DNA of 63,398 bases, filler included, from Octopus bimaculoides (GCF_001194135.2; 7 parts of 5 records of this genome joined end to end with filler, not necessarily neighbours in it), one strand, 5' to 3'. Positions 10,136 through 24,230 are shown, numbered from the whole stretch's first letter. The notes: generated by a model not told the origin, from the sequence alone. Translations and numbers: made by a program.

Positions 10136-13100
10136 AGTACTTCCTCAATGGTGGCTATAATTTCGTGCCACTACAGAATCATATCCAGTCTTAACGCATG
10201 TTTAATTTCTTCTAATTCTTTCTTTGCACAAAACAGCATTTGTTTTACAACCTGTCATTCGGGTTTTATATCATGGTTGATTGTCAATTTTAACAAAGTC
10301 TTTCAACTTACCAATGCCTTTGAATACTTCAGAGAATCGATTAGTAATTAAATAGTTAACGATTCATTAAAAATCCACCCCAACTTAAACATCTTTTTAG
10401 GTTTTGCAATAATACCATTTGGTACCCCTGCCCCCATCACATCATAACTCTGCAAAGGAATATTCTTACAGACATATGTAAGCAAGGTTCACAGACAACA
10501 GGTGGACCTATGCAGTTGCCATGTGGTAACCAAGAGATCATAAAACCCCATTTGGAAGATCGCCATGATGATTGGAAGAGGATTTCGTTAAGCAATTTGG
10601 GTCAGGATGGAAAAGAATGATGTAATCAAGACAGAAATGGAAGTGCATTGCGACCAGCCATGTATAACAGCATCTAATAAATATCTAACATATTTAGCTA
10701 CTGATATGTCTACTTCTACAACTATGTCAGTTTACAAATACTTCCATATTCAGATTTCTTGCAACAAAAACCTGTTTCACTGATAGGAAGTGAAAAGTTT
10801 TCTCATTTTTCTCACAAACTAATAAGAACAAAAGATAGTGATCTTGACTCCTGCTAACACAAACCAATGATTGTCCTCTCCTTGTAATAGCAGTCAAATC
10901 TCCCTCAACTCCAAGCTGTCTGAGGATATAGTAATGGATGCAGAACGCCTGAAATGGCAGTCACAGAATGATTGGCTACAACCACCACCAACAACTATTA
11001 GCTGTATAAAAATCAAATGCTTTGTTAGCTTGCAATGCTGCATCTGCAAGTGTTGCCATATATGGAACTGGGAATAGAATCAACTGAACAAGTTAATCTA
11101 AAGCTAGTTAGTGTGTAATAATGGCCAATACTAAATAAACACTGCAACAGGTTAAATAAGTTGAAACCTTTGATGTCTGATACACTTAAGTTACAAATAA
11201 TACATTTAAGAAAACTAACATTATTATATTGTTGTGCTGATGAGATCCAAATATGCCCAGAGTCATCTCTTATAGACTATTACCATCAGAGTAGAAGTCA
11301 GTGTTTAATGCTCAAAGAACCAAATACAAATGACAAAAGGCATGTGATACTGAATTAAGGCAAATTTATTCAGTATTTTAAATTTGATCAATCTTAAACC
11401 TAAAAGAGAAGAAACAGTTTGTGGAGCATTCATTGCTTTATTTATTTACATTAAAATTAAGTAAACCATTAAATCCAACCTTATGTAAAAAACAAGAGAA
11501 TATTTTCTTTGCTGTACTCACTGTGTTTTCTTTGCTGAGGATCCAGTTGGCAGCTTGTATTGATCAACCACATCACACGGTCACAGCAGATGAGGGCTGA
11601 CTGTGGCTCTGCCTGACAGGACACCCAGAAATGACCCCAGAATATACCAGCAAATGGTGAATGCAGCCACACTGCATGACACATGCCCCCACACCTCACC
11701 TGACCCTTGCATTAAGTAATCAACAACACCACACCATTTATGAGACATGTTTATTAACAAATAAATTACATGAAATATTAAACCATCATTTCTACCAAAT
11801 TACATTAGTTAAAGAGGTAAAAAGAGAGAGAGAAAATATTGCAGACATTTTCTGGAACACAGTAAATATCTTTTTTAAGACATTAGCTTTAAAAGGAAGA
11901 GAAAAGTCCATTAATTCTTCATATTTGAAGAGTTAGTATATTACTGAGATAAACTTCGAGTTCAGATAGTTGGAGATTTTATAATAACCATTCTCAACTA
12001 ATGATTCCTGTATTTAGAATAACTTTGGTATTAAAAAAAAATTATTGCCAGTTAATATATTTATTATTTTTTTAGGCACAAGTCTACACATTAAAGTATG
12101 GAAATGGTACTGTGTGGAGTTTCTCAAAAATGAAAAAGTCATTTGAGTCAATTCGTTTCAAGCATCAAAATGATTCTCAACTTGCCAACAGCTTTGTTCA
12201 TTCTTTCAGGCATTCACCTGTCCTGATCAATATTGATTACTTTTTGGATTAGGCATAAGACCTTGTTTGTTTGTTTTGTTAAAGAGGATAAAATAAGCTG
12301 AATCCCCACCAATATTACAGGGAGATAGACTTCAGTCCCACTCTTTAAGATCTAAGTTTACAGAAACTAGCGCTACTATTTCTGTTTGTTCACTGCACCT
12401 TGTTATAAACCAAATTAACAAAATTTATTAAATTTAAAAATAAATGAAGGAAGACCAGTAAATTACCTTTAGCTGCTACACAAATATTTTTTTCAAAATA
12501 TAAATCGGTCTGAAAAGTCTCTCCTAGATTCAAACTGGCATCATCAACAGAATACTTAAACTTCTCTCATTTGATGTTTTAGTCTTTTCACAAACTAAGT
12601 TAAAATTGTGAATAGATATATGTTGTGGAGTTCATACCTTTTCTAAAGGTATTTTAAGTGCAGCGACTCTGCATTGGAATCAAAATCCTACAGCAGAGAG
12701 CATTTATTTGCAACAAGATGTTCGAAACTGCTCAAGGAAACAACAGTTAAATGCAAGAAGATTTGAGATCAACACAATTCCTAATAACATAAACAGTGTA
12801 TTTGGCAGTGGTTTTGAAAATATTTGTGATTGAGATCAATATCAATGAGATGAAAAAATAAACCCAACCTAAAGTCAAATTACAAAATTTTCTAAATATC
12901 TTTTAAAATAAGGACTAAAGTAGAAAAAAAGAAAAAAAAAGATGGGGAGCTGAACATTTTATGAGGACAGAAAACTGGACAATTCTGCAAATGGACAAAA
13001 ACAATTTCTTTCTTATGAAACAGGAAAAAGAAAATCTAGGTTTACATTTTGAAGTAGAGCAGAATAAGGTGAGAGCTGAGAGAAAGGGGGAAAAAACATT

Positions 13101-13839
13101 CCACTAATTAAATTTGATATTTTTAAGAAAAATTTAGATGAATAATCTGTTATAAAAAGGAAGACAAGAACTTGAAATTAGTTTTTATTTTCACAATCCC
13201 CTAACTTTTGAGTACTGGTCCCTTAAAGTGACTCCTCATAAACACTAACACAACTGAGACGACATCCAATTCTTTGGTTCAAAACTATCCATTTTGAAAT
13301 GAGAAAATCTAACTCAAACCCTTTCCATCCAATGCCATGTATGAAGCCCCTCATGTTGCATATAATGTTTCTAATTTAGGGAGGAGGTCAGAAATTTGGA
13401 GGAAGGGCTTAAGTTGGACAACTCCAGCATTTGACTGGTCCTCTATTGACTCTGGCAGGATGAAAGGCAAGGCTGAATAGAATTAGTTATTATACTAAAT
13501 GCTTCCAACTTATTTTCAAATAACTAAAAGACAGCCAGTATATTTCATAAGAAAGCATGCAAACTAAAATCTGTATTACAATCTGGTCTTACATGTACAA
13601 CCATTTCCCATTATTGCACATTAATCATTGAATTTGTTTACACAATATCATTATTAATTAATAGTAGCAGGAATTTTTGTTTTAATGTAAATTATAGTTC
13701 ACACACAAAAAAAAAAAAAAATCTTATGAAACATATCGACAGTCTAATCTGAAATTTATAAAAAAAAAGGTATTTTACTACATTATAGTTGGTCGTTTTA
13801 GAAGTTAAAATCTGAGATAATATGAAAGTGGAAACATCA

Positions 13840-13975
13840 ACATCATCGTTTAACGTCCGCTTTCCATGCTGGCATGGGTTGGACGGTTTGACTGAGGGCT
13901 GGCGAACCAGAAGGCTGCACCAGGCTCCAATCTGATTTGGCAGAGTTTCTACAACTGGATGCCCTTCCTAACATC
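13840..13975 (-). mobile_element. RTE-LINE 3' end copy
   Basis: Same block as 2345-2490. Confidence 0.85.
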
Positions 13976-15168
13976 AAAGAAAATAGAAAATTTTAATCAA
14001 AATGGAATGTATTGCTTGCTCCATTGAAAAATTACTTGAATTCAATACAACTATTTAAGAACTAAGTGGAGTTTTCTCTGGCAATCTTAATAGTTTCTTT
14101 TGAGATCCTGAGCCAGGTTTCATAAGTAAAGATTTGAGTGAATCATCCCAAGTGTATTACTGATTGTTATTTATGAAAACATGGAGGGAGGAAAGATAAA
14201 GTTAACTGGCAGGAATTGAACTTGACACATACAGAGCTGAAGCAAGACACTAAATGTAAACCAGGAACAGGTATCTTGCCGTTCGACCACCATTTCTGAA
14301 AAATTATCACCAACTTCTAATATGAAACATTTTAAAAATGACCCAGAAAGTTATCATATTTGAAAATATGAAAAGAAATAGGGAAAAAAAGCAAACAAAA
14401 TACTTTGATAAATGCTAAATTTAAAGTTAAAAACAATTTTTAGGCTTCAGGATAAAAACCAAAGAAAAAAATAAACTTTATTAGGTTTGCTACAATTAAT
14501 ATGAGAACCGAAGTGATGTAAAAATGATGTGGAATTATTTAATTTTAAATTGGTCAAAACATTAGCAACCATCCTGCCAAAACAAAAGATCAAGGAGATC
14601 CATAAAAAAAAAAGCTTTTATTCTTTATAAGAATATTAGAATATCTGCAATTTGAATCAAATGACATGCTTGGGACATAAATATCCAGAACATGTTACTT
14701 TATTGGTTTACATTTTTAGGCACAATTTTTACAAACTAAATTTAAACAAACGGCATATAATTTATAAAATAATGGTGGAGTTAATCTTATAAAAGGTTCA
14801 GCATACTAAATATTCCACCCACATACTTACACAACACTTTTATACTATATTTATTTCATATTCTCCTGTTTTTATAAAATGAAATGCAAAGTAACTTATA
14901 ATGTGAAGATCAGCTTCTTTCTGCAGCCACAATATGCCGTGTATACCTGTGCAGTACTGTGTGTGCGAGAGAGCGAGAGAACAGAATATAAGAACTAAAA
15001 TAAAATGAAAAAAATGGTAAGTCAAGAGTTGCTTTTTCATTTTCTCAGAAAAAAATAGTTTCTAACAAGATATTAAAGAAAGATTAGATTTATAAATTTT
15101 CTTCTTAACGAGAACTTTTGATTATATCTACAGAAATGAACAAATGGCAGTGATTAAATAGAGAGTGA

Positions 15169-15218
<50 letters not shown>

Positions 15219-15792
15219 CATACACAGATGTAACTTTCTACTCTGTGTATACAATGTAAAGTTAAGGAATCTTTATTCCAAAAATGGAGGAAGTGGAAAA
15301 CTGGAAACAAGAATATATACCAATTTTGGAAACATTATCCTCTTTTCTTACCTTGCTTCTATTTTGAATGTGTGTGAGTGTGTGTTTGTGTGTGTAATTC
15401 AAAGACTATTTTACTAAAACAGTTAAAAAAAACAAAGAATGAAAATAAAGGGACTAACAAGTTTTCTCAAGTCTTCATCAATTGCAAAATAAATTCAATA
15501 TATTGATATGAAGTGGTAGGGTTAAAACTGGATTATTCCATTGATGTCTAAAATCTACCCCAAGACTACAACCCCTCCCCACCTTAATTTATTCTTTTTG
15601 TAATTGTAAATCAATTCCAACAAATTGCCTTTTTCTTACTGGAAACAAAATTAACCGAATACAGTTCACTGTTTTAGGGGTTTTCTTCTTTCTCTTTCAG
15701 ACCATATTTGTTAAATCATCCAAACTTCAACCCCAAGTATCAAAGCTGCCAAAAGTAATATGGAGAACAGGTTAAACGGACATCAGCTTATG

Positions 15793-15852
15793 CTAAAAGC
15801 CAGTGGAAGGAATAAACTCTGGAGCATTTGGATTTAGCCGACTATTTGCAAT
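15793..15852 (-). CDS. PAIP2: Terminal coding exon with PAM2 motif; PABP-interacting protein 2-like
   Basis: A strong acceptor (ttcatttactttattttatttcttaaatttcag) is followed by IANSRLNPNAPEFIPSTGF*. SxLNPNAxEFxP is the PAM2 motif. Its C-terminal position and the phase-0 boundary parallel the last exon of vertebrate PAIP2 (VVKSNLNPNAKEFVP). Upstream exons were not found. Confidence 0.75.
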   Translation of the reverse strand: MANSRLNPNAPEFIPSTGF

Positions 15853-16976
15853 CTGAAATTTAAGAAATAAAATAAAGTAAATGAAAAAATTTTTTAAATT
15901 ATAAATATATCACAGAAAGAAAAGCAAATCTAAAAGAGGAGTTTTGGGAGTTTTTGTTAAAAAGTCTAAACATATGCCTTGTATTAGCATAGTTTTTATG
16001 TTGAATTAGATAATTTAGGAATTTACAAACTTAGGAACAAAGCCAGTGATTTTGTTGAGGCCCCAGTGCTCAACTGGTACTTATTTTATCAAACTGAAGA
16101 GGATGAAAGGCAAAGTCGACCTCACCCCAGCAGCATTTGACCTCAGTAGTCACAGTTCTGTCAGCTCACTGCCTTATTTCTTTTCGTGATATTAATACTA
16201 AATATGGTATGCAGGAGAGGAGGATGCGTATGAGTGAAGGTAGCTGTATACAGAAGTGGCTGGTACCTGTGAAAAAAAAAGGGGGACATAGGACAAAGTG
16301 GTGAGGACTGATCTTGGGATGTTGGGGCTCACAGGGGAAATGACGGTGGACCGAAACGTTTAGAGATATGAAGTTCTAGAGAAGATCCATCCATGAAACT
16401 GAGTGCTAGAAGAGTTGTGTCCCATCTACTTTACCCTAAGAAATCAAACTGCAACTCCTCTTTTAAACTGCATCTTTCACTTCCTCACATTTCCTCTTCA
16501 TAAATTATGATTGTTTTCCAATCCCCTTTCTAGCCCTCACTGTATCACTGTTCCCCACACCCCCAACTCTCACCGCCTATTTTTCTAACCAGGTTCTACG
16601 CTCATATTCTTGTTACTTGTGAGTATACCCCAGCACTAAACCATCTCTCTTCTGCTCTCTCTCTCTCTTACACTTTTGCTGTTTCCTACTCACTCTCTCT
16701 CTTACACTTTTGCTGTTTCCTACTCACTCTCTCTCTCTCTCTCTCCATTTCTCTTTGGTCACTCTCTCTCTCTCTCCTTCTGTTTAGGTAACCAAGTATC
16801 TCCTTTACATCAGCACACTTGTTTCTGGCCTCTCTCTCTCTCACTGGGTAACCATGCACCGCCTCTATAGCAAGGCACCTAGTTCTGCCTCTCTATTTTC
16901 CTGTTACATTCTAACCTTTCATCACCCCTTCTAATGCCCCCACCCTCTCTTGTGGGAAGACACCTGCTTCTGTCTC

Positions 16977-17590
16977 TGTTGTATTCCTCTCGGGAGACTC
17001 ACAGAGAAAAGACGAGTTGTACAAATTTATATATTACATTTATTTACCAATTACAGACAAAACGCACTCACCCAAAGTTCGTTATGAATAAACAAGAATC
17101 ATGTCCGCGCCATATATATCAATGACCTTTTACTACTGCAGTCACACAAAACAACAACGAAAACAAGGAACTTAGACGAACCACATTGACACACAAGACG
17201 TCAGTCGAACAACTTATCCAACAGTCCATATAACACCTCCCCACTGAAATTGATGCTACACAAGAAGTATCAACAGCAAAGTTTCTCTTGGGTTTTACGG
17301 GTTCTCTTGTCCATACTCTGGAACGGGTAACATGGTCTTGGGTCTGGTTTGTCTTTGAGTTAGTGGCACAGTTTCCGAGATCTCCATCGGGTGATCTGTT
17401 GCAAATTGAAATAGTGTTTTCTGCATCACCAGGTTCATTGTCTTCCTCAGTTGTGTACCGCGGTCGCAGCTGTTCCCAGTGTCGTCTCCACATCGGGCCA
17501 TGAGGTATGACCTTGACGTTAAAGCAACGAGTACCCAATGACTTCTTAATGATTGCTGGTACCCATCGGGGATCTTTGTCTCAGCGAGGT
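16977..17590 (-). mobile_element. 3' end of a Gypsy-type LTR retrotransposon (integrase C-terminus, PPT, 3' LTR)
   Basis: WVPAIIKKSLGTRCFNVKVIPHGPMWRRHWEQLRPRY is the integrase C-terminal pattern W..G.V....G..SY.V....RRH.DQLR. Polypurine agtggggagg (17245-17236) is directly followed by a 259-bp TGTTA...CAACA LTR (17235-16977). Cut off by a gap. Confidence 0.8.
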
Positions 17591-17690
17591 NNNNNNNNNN
17601 NNNNNNNNNNNNNNNNNNNNNNNNNNNNNNNNNNTTAATTAATTAANNNNNNNNNNNNNNNNNNNNNNNNNNNNNNNNNNNNNNNNNNNN
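17591..17690. other. Assembly gap placeholder (44 N + TTAATTAATTAA + 44 N); similar near 30153, 39160, 47307, 58691 and 61320
   Basis: The same palindromic 12-mer, which places stops in all six frames, is centred in 100-nt gaps. Confidence 0.95.
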
Positions 17691-17746
<56 letters not shown>

Positions 17747-18069
17747 GATGGATGTAAGTATATATACGTACGTAGGTACGTATGTCCTAGATATGACATA
17801 AAAGTGCATCCTGTGATGAGACTCCAGTTCAGGAGTCCTTGAGTTGTGGGGAGCATGAAATCATTCCCAAATAATACCCTCTCGTTTTTTTGGACTCCTT
17901 GGTTTTGTGGCTGAGGATCTTAGCAGTGTTTGCAAGCTGTTCTTGACTTTAGATTTCAGCGAGGATATTGCTGACAGTCATTGTCTTTAATATCTGCTAT
18001 AGAATAATTTGTCAGTGATGGTTAGACTCGTCTACAAGAAGACAAGCACCATGTATGTATGTATGTATG

Positions 18070-18655
18070 TATGTATGTTATCAATCAGTTTCATTTCTGT
18101 ATTTCTTGTCCATAGAGAAAGAGCCGGACTCTAACATCGATTCAAGGCTCCTTCATTGGAACTTTTATCAACATCATCTAGGTATTTGTGCATATGTGTG
18201 TGTGTGTGTGTGTGCAGTATTTTAGTGTTAGTGTATGCGCAGATTTGTATGTTTGTTTTATGGATGCGTTTTTATGTATATATTTTCATGTCTAGATGCA
18301 TGCATATGTATTTATGTGCTAAATTTTTGGAAAGTTTTACATATCTTTACAGTTCCATTGATGGCTTGGATCTGTAGTTTTCTAATCAGCCTTTTTCTTT
18401 CAGGTTTTGAGAACCCCAATTTTTCCAGGTTTTTGTTGAGGTAGTTCGTTACATATCCCAATGCCCCAGCAATCACGGATATGAATCTGAACTTGTAGTC
18501 TGGGTGGAGTATCTGCAAATTTCTCAGTAGCTCGGCGTAGTTGTTCTCTTTTTCTCTAATCTTTAGCGTGATGTTGACATCCGCAGGACAGCTAATTTCT
18601 ACTACTGTACACAGTTTCTCTTCTCTGTCCCAGATTACTATATCCGGTCTATTAT
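18070..18655 (-). mobile_element. 3' end of an R4/Dong-like RLE non-LTR retrotransposon
   Basis: NRPDIVIWDREEKLCTVVEISCPADVNI (PD-(D/E)xK) followed by YKFRFISVIAGALG..LIRKLQIQAINGTVKICKTF. Related ends lie at 21225-21540 and 58875-58980. Confidence 0.8.
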
Positions 18656-18659
18656 GTCT

Positions 18660-18775
18660 GCACTTGCTTGCTCACTTGCTCGCTCGCTTGCTTGCTGCTT
18701 ACTTGATTGCTCACTTGCTTACTTGCTTGCTCGCTAGCTTGCTTGCTCGCTTTCTTGCTTGTTCGCTTGCTCGCT
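18660..18775. repeat. (GCTT/GCTC)n compound microsatellite
   Basis: Visible tetranucleotide run. Confidence 0.9.
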
Positions 18776-19642
18776 TTAATCCAAACAGATTAAACCAGGG
18801 GTTTTCAATAACTACGGCAGATGTCAAATTGCAGTAGAACAATATCAGTGACCAGGTCGCAGACGTGCGACGAAAGATTTGACCTCTCATCCTTCTCTCC
18901 GAGTATCTTCACGGGAAAGTCCTGAAACATTCCAAAGAACTGAACTTGGAACCATTCTTTACCAACTGAAACTGATTAACTGTTATTGTTATAGTCTATC
19001 TCAAGATCAGCCACGATCTAGCAAGCATATGGCCAAAGGTATTCTAGTCGTGACCATCACCTCTTTATTTGCCTTTACGTATAACAAAGCCCAGAACTGC
19101 GTTATCCAGTGAGGGCGGTGATTTTATAAAGATTGGCTTACTATTTTTAGCAGGTTGAAAAAAANNNNNNNNNNNNNNNNNNNNNNNNNNNNNNNNNNNN
19201 NNNNNNNNNNNNNNNNNNNNNNNNNNNNNNNNNNNNNNNNNNNNNNNNNNNNNNNNNNNNNNNNNNNNNNNNNNNNNNNNNNNNNNNNNNNNNNNNNNNN
19301 NNNNNNNNNNNNNNNNNNNNNNNNNNNNNNNNNNNNNNNNNNNNNNNNNNNNNNNNNNNNNNNNNNNNNCGGGTTATTCAACAGTGATCCGGTGGTTTTT
19401 CCCCTGGACGTCTGCAAAATGACTTTTATAACGAATATATGCAGCGGAGATGGAAGAAAATTTTCCGGCAGAGGGGTTTGCCAGGCTCAAAACTCCCGTC
19501 CTTCTGCTGATTTCAAATAATAAAGAAATATACTTACATTTACATATAAAGGTTCATATATGTATGTGTATGCATATGTATGTGTATATACATCTCTTTC
19601 TCGTTCTCTCTATCTCTCTCTCTCTCTCTCTCTCTCCCTCTC

Positions 19643-19682
<40 letters not shown>

Positions 19683-19776
19683 TACATACACACATATATA
19701 TATATGTGTGTATGTGTGTGTGTCTGTCTGCCTGTACACACACACACATATATATATACATACATACATTATACAT

Positions 19777-19815
<39 letters not shown>

Positions 19816-19984
19816 TATCTTTTATTTGTTCCAGTCATTACACTGCGGCCATGGTGAGGCACCACCTTGAAGAATTTTAGTCGGACGAATCAACCCCAGT
19901 ACTGATTTTTTTTCTTTTTGTAAAGTCTGGTGTTTATACTGTCGGTCATTTTTGACAAACCGCTAACTTACGGGAACGTACACT

Positions 19985-19987
19985 CAC

Positions 19988-20048
<61 letters not shown>

Positions 20049-20215
20049 TATATACATATAAGATAGGCTTCTTTCAATTTTCGTCATCCAAATCCCCTCA
20101 CGAGGCTTTAGTCGGCCCGAGGTTATAGTAGAAGACATTTGCCCATGGTGTCACGGAGTGGGTCTGAACCCGGAACTATGTGGTTAGGAAGCAAACTTCT
20201 TACCACGAAGCCGCG
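19985..20215 (-). mobile_element. tRNA-headed SINE family B copy (others at 23710-23995 +, 41130-41295 +, 41850-41975 +, 44340-44495 +, 47875-48035 -)
   Basis: Shared gtggttaagaagtttgcttcc..gggttca.tccc..ggcaagtgtcttctactata..gtgagtggatttgg..gacggaaactgaaagaagcc, ending in (CA/TG)n. Confidence 0.8.
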
Positions 20216-20225
20216 CCTGAAAGTA

Positions 20226-20258
<33 letters not shown>

Positions 20259-20992
20259 AATACGAACGCAGAAAACAGACAGGCGCGTTTTTCAAAAGTA
20301 GGAACGTGCGTCACACATATCCGTCTTACATAAAGCTATGTGGGTGTGTGTACGTGGGTGTGAGTACATACCTGTATAGATATGCATATATGTGTGTATA
20401 TACATATAGATAAGTATATATGTATGTGTGTGTACATATATATATATATTTGTATGTGTGTGGATATATACATATAACTATATATAGTTTTGCTGTGTGT
20501 GTCTTGATAAGACGAATGACGCTATAACTAATGACAAATTTAGCAATTTAACTCCCGAAATATACTTGTGAATTTGTGATAAGAGATGAACTGTGTTAAC
20601 AAGGCGGCTGTGGTTCACAGGTTGTCAAAAATACGGCAACATCCCAACCAAGCCTTCTTGTGACGATAGAGGTATGCGCTGTGGTAGCAGGTGATGGCGA
20701 ACGATGATTGTTGCAATGTAAAGCTATCTTGCAACACCGGCAACAGCTACACATTATAATGTGTATTATATGTGTAGCATGTTGTGTAGTTGAGAAGTAT
20801 ACTATTTGTGCATGTGTATATATCAAACACATATACTCGATTTTTGCTTGCTTGCTTGTTCGCCTGTAAGCTGCGATTTGCAAGCAAAGTACATACTTTG
20901 AGTGCGTGTGTTCGATAATTTTTACATGTGTGTGTATATAAATATAAATTTGAATATATATATACATACATACATACATACATACATACATA

Positions 20993-21212
20993 CACGAGTG
21001 AGTGCTGAAAAGTTCCTAGTTTTAAGGGTGTCGTGAAAGGCTTGGTTGAAGGCCCGAGCTTCCGAGTTCTTTCACAAGGCTTAGAAAAGCTGAAGGATCG
21101 CTGCAATAAGTCTGTGAATCTGGGAGGGGAATATGTTCAATAAAATTATAATTAACTGATTCTCCTATATTTTCTTTTACCCAAAACCAGGTACTTTTCA
21201 ACACCCCTCGTA
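20993..21212 (+). mobile_element. Internally deleted mariner (MITE-like)
   Basis: Imperfect TIRs of about 30 bp (cgagtgagtgctgaaaagttcctagtttt / aaaaccaggtacttttcaacacccctcg-TA). The interior EKLKDRCNKSVNLGGEYVQ* matches the mariner C-terminus. Confidence 0.8.
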
Positions 21213-21224
21213 ACAATATATGTA

Positions 21225-21720
21225 TGTATGTCATTATTCAATTTATTTCACGATTTCTGGCCAATAGAGAAAGAATCAGTTTCTAACCTAGATCCAAGGC
21301 ACCTTTATTGGAATTTCAACATCAACAACAGGGTATTTTTGTTTGATTGTATGTATGTAGGTGCAGATTTGTATATTTTATATATGCATTCTCATGCATA
21401 TAGTTGCATATCTAGACATGCTCATATATATTTAAATGATAAACTTCTGGAAGGTTCTACAGATTTTTACAGTTCCATTGATGGATTGGATCTGTAGTCT
21501 TCGAATTAGCTTTCTCCTTTCTGTGATAATATTATTGGTTTCACAATGGTCCTGGAGGAAGATGTTTAAACATGCTGTATATATTTTATACATTGAGTTC
21601 TGGCATGTAATTGGCCGGTAGTTTTTTGCCATGTGGTTGGTTCTGCATTTGAGGATCAATTTTGTCTCTGCCAGAGCTACCAGTGTGGTATGCTACTGTT
21701 CCCAATAAAAGCTTGCTGGT
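21225..21720 (-). mobile_element. R4/Dong-like LINE fragments (RT piece fused to 3' end)
   Basis: NYRPITCQNSMYKIYTACL (RT) joined directly to LIRRLQIQSINGTVKICRTFQKFII*. Confidence 0.75.
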
Positions 21721-22149
21721 ACAGATTAACAAGATATGGTCGGTAGAATGTTAGCACATACATAGGCGCACGTACGTGCACACATGCACACACATAGAAG
21801 ACAACATTGTTTCCAGTGAAAGAATCTTGTTTCTAGGTTAGAAACCGGTTCTTTCTTCACTGGTGAGAAATTTTAAAAAATAAAACTGAAAGCAAACATG
21901 CATACATAAACACGCATACATGCATACTCACATACATGCATATAAACAGACATATATACCTGTACACATACATACATACATACATATTTCTAGCATTTTC
22001 TTTTCATACGTTCATATTTTACTTAACTGTAAAGCATCCACCCACGCCTCTCTTTCTCGCTCTCTCTTTCTCGCTCTCTCTCTTTCTCTCTCTCTCTCTC
22101 ACTCATCTTTCTGTCATTTCCCTCCACCATGATGCCCACACTACAGTCA

Positions 22150-23176
22150 GACGTGTAAAGCGATATTGACAGACAGAGAAAGCACAAGAAAAATGAACAG
22201 AACAGCCGATACATGCTTCTTCCAATTGAACTGTTGCTATTTTCTTAAACTTTTACTCATTTTTTTTTCTTTGACTTTCGGATCCATTAAGCCGTCACCC
22301 CAGAGGAATATAAATCAGTCAAAATGTTTGCTCTTAGACGACACTTAAAACCGAGACAAAACTACAATATACTGGCTCTTTGCACATCACCGACGCCATT
22401 ACTGGTGGTAGCTGGGGAAGACGGTAATGATGGCGACGAATTGCGTCTTTACGCATTTTACGCACTTTCCCTTCTGTTCATTTTATTTAACAACTTAACA
22501 AAATATAATATCATCAAACCTGGCCTCCGCCCACGTGTTTCAATACAGACAGGCATTAAAAAAATAATAAAAGACAAGATGACGGTGACGGTGACGGTGG
22601 CGGCGGCGGCGGCAGAGGTGGCAACGACAACGGCCACCACAATTACTGCCACAACTATTACTGCGCCTCACCCCACCCACACTTCACCACCTCCATTACC
22701 ACTATCACAAGGACGACGATGACAACGTCGGAGAACCGAGGCTGAGGGGTGTCGAGGAGGAAGATGGTAGTTGTTGCGGTGGTGTTGGAAACCGTAGGTG
22801 TGATGTTTCCTTGATGTTGTTGCTGTTGTTGTTTTGCTGATTCATTTACGTTTGTGACAAATAGCTATGGTGGTGGTGGTGGTGGTGGTGGTGGAAATAA
22901 ATGTGAAGAAGGCATCATTCTTTAGATTTTGAGTTCAACTCTCGGTGACGGCCGACACCTCCCGCTGCATCCCTTGAGGCTCCGTGAACAGCAGTTATAA
23001 TATGTTAAGTAGAGATGTTTTGTTAGTGAAACTGTGTAGACGGATGGATTGCATTGGTAATTCAAAATGAAGATAGCGTTGGTAGGTTGTGTCAGCTTAG
23101 GAATTGCGTTGAAGGATACGTGTGTCTGCGGATTAATCAACCGTTTCCATCTGAGACGCTAATCTGAAGAGTAAGT
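22150..23176. promoter_or_regulatory. CpG- and trinucleotide-rich region resembling a gene 5' end, with a plus-strand GTAAGT donor at 23171
   Basis: GGC/GAC/GGT/GTT runs and locally high CpG content. All three frames close before the donor, so any exon would be non-coding. Confidence 0.3.
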
Positions 23177-23381
23177 AGTTTAGTTGGACTGAATAACTAG
23201 ATTATCAACGAATAACAAAATGGTTTAGTCGAACAACTAAATGAACAACGATGACCCCACACACACACACCACACACACCACACACACACACCACATACA
23301 CGCACCATACACACACACACCACACACACACACTACATACACACCACACACACATTATAGACAGAGAGAAAGAAAGAAAGG

Positions 23382-23470
<89 letters not shown>

Positions 23471-24085
23471 TGATAGATAGATAGATAGATAGATAGATAG
23501 ACATCCACAGACAAACAGGTAGATAGACAGACAAGCTGGCAGGTAGGCAGATAGCTATATACGTACGTACGTACATACATACATACATACATACATACAT
23601 ACATGCATACATACATACATACATACATACATGCATACATACATACATACATGCATACATGCATACATACATACATACATGCATACATGCATACATGCAT
23701 ACATGATGTAGGTATGTTTATGTGGTTAAGAAGTTTGCTTCCCAGCAATGTAGCCATGGGTTCAGCCTCAGCGCGCGGCACTCAGGGTAAGGTGTCTTCT
23801 ATTATAACTCCGGACCGACCCAAACCTTGTGAGTGGATTTGGTTGACGGAAACTGAAAGAAGTCTTTTTGTTTGTCTTCCACCACCGCTTGACAACTAAT
23901 ATTGGTTTGTTTACGTTCCTGTAGCGGGTTCGGCAAAAAAAAGTGGGGAAAGCCGATAGAATTAGTGCTAGGCTTTAAAAATCAAGTACTTGGAGCGATT
24001 TCTTGAACTAACCCCTTCACGACGATACATCAGCATGACAACAGAAATAAAAGGTAAAAACGTGTGTGTATGTGTGTGTACATGT

Positions 24086-24131
<46 letters not shown>

Positions 24132-24230
24132 GTGTGTGTGTGCGTGTGTGTGTGTGTGCGTGTGTTAAATAAAATGAGACAACAAAGCTGAGGCTGTGGA
24201 ATTTATAGGACATTTACAAAGAGAAAAGTA

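Noticed and set aside
11481-11702. GC-richer block with a minus-strand GTGAGT donor
   Set aside because: The translation has no family signature and the acceptor is poor; probably a repeat or UTR sequence.
12460-12670. Two small minus-strand exon-like segments (VAALKIPLEK; YSVDDASLNLGETF...)
   Set aside because: Weak acceptors or implausibly short introns; no recognisable protein.
17635-17646. Recurrent palindrome TTAATTAATTAA (six occurrences)
   Set aside because: Always centred in 100-nt N gaps; a six-frame-stop assembly linker, not biology.
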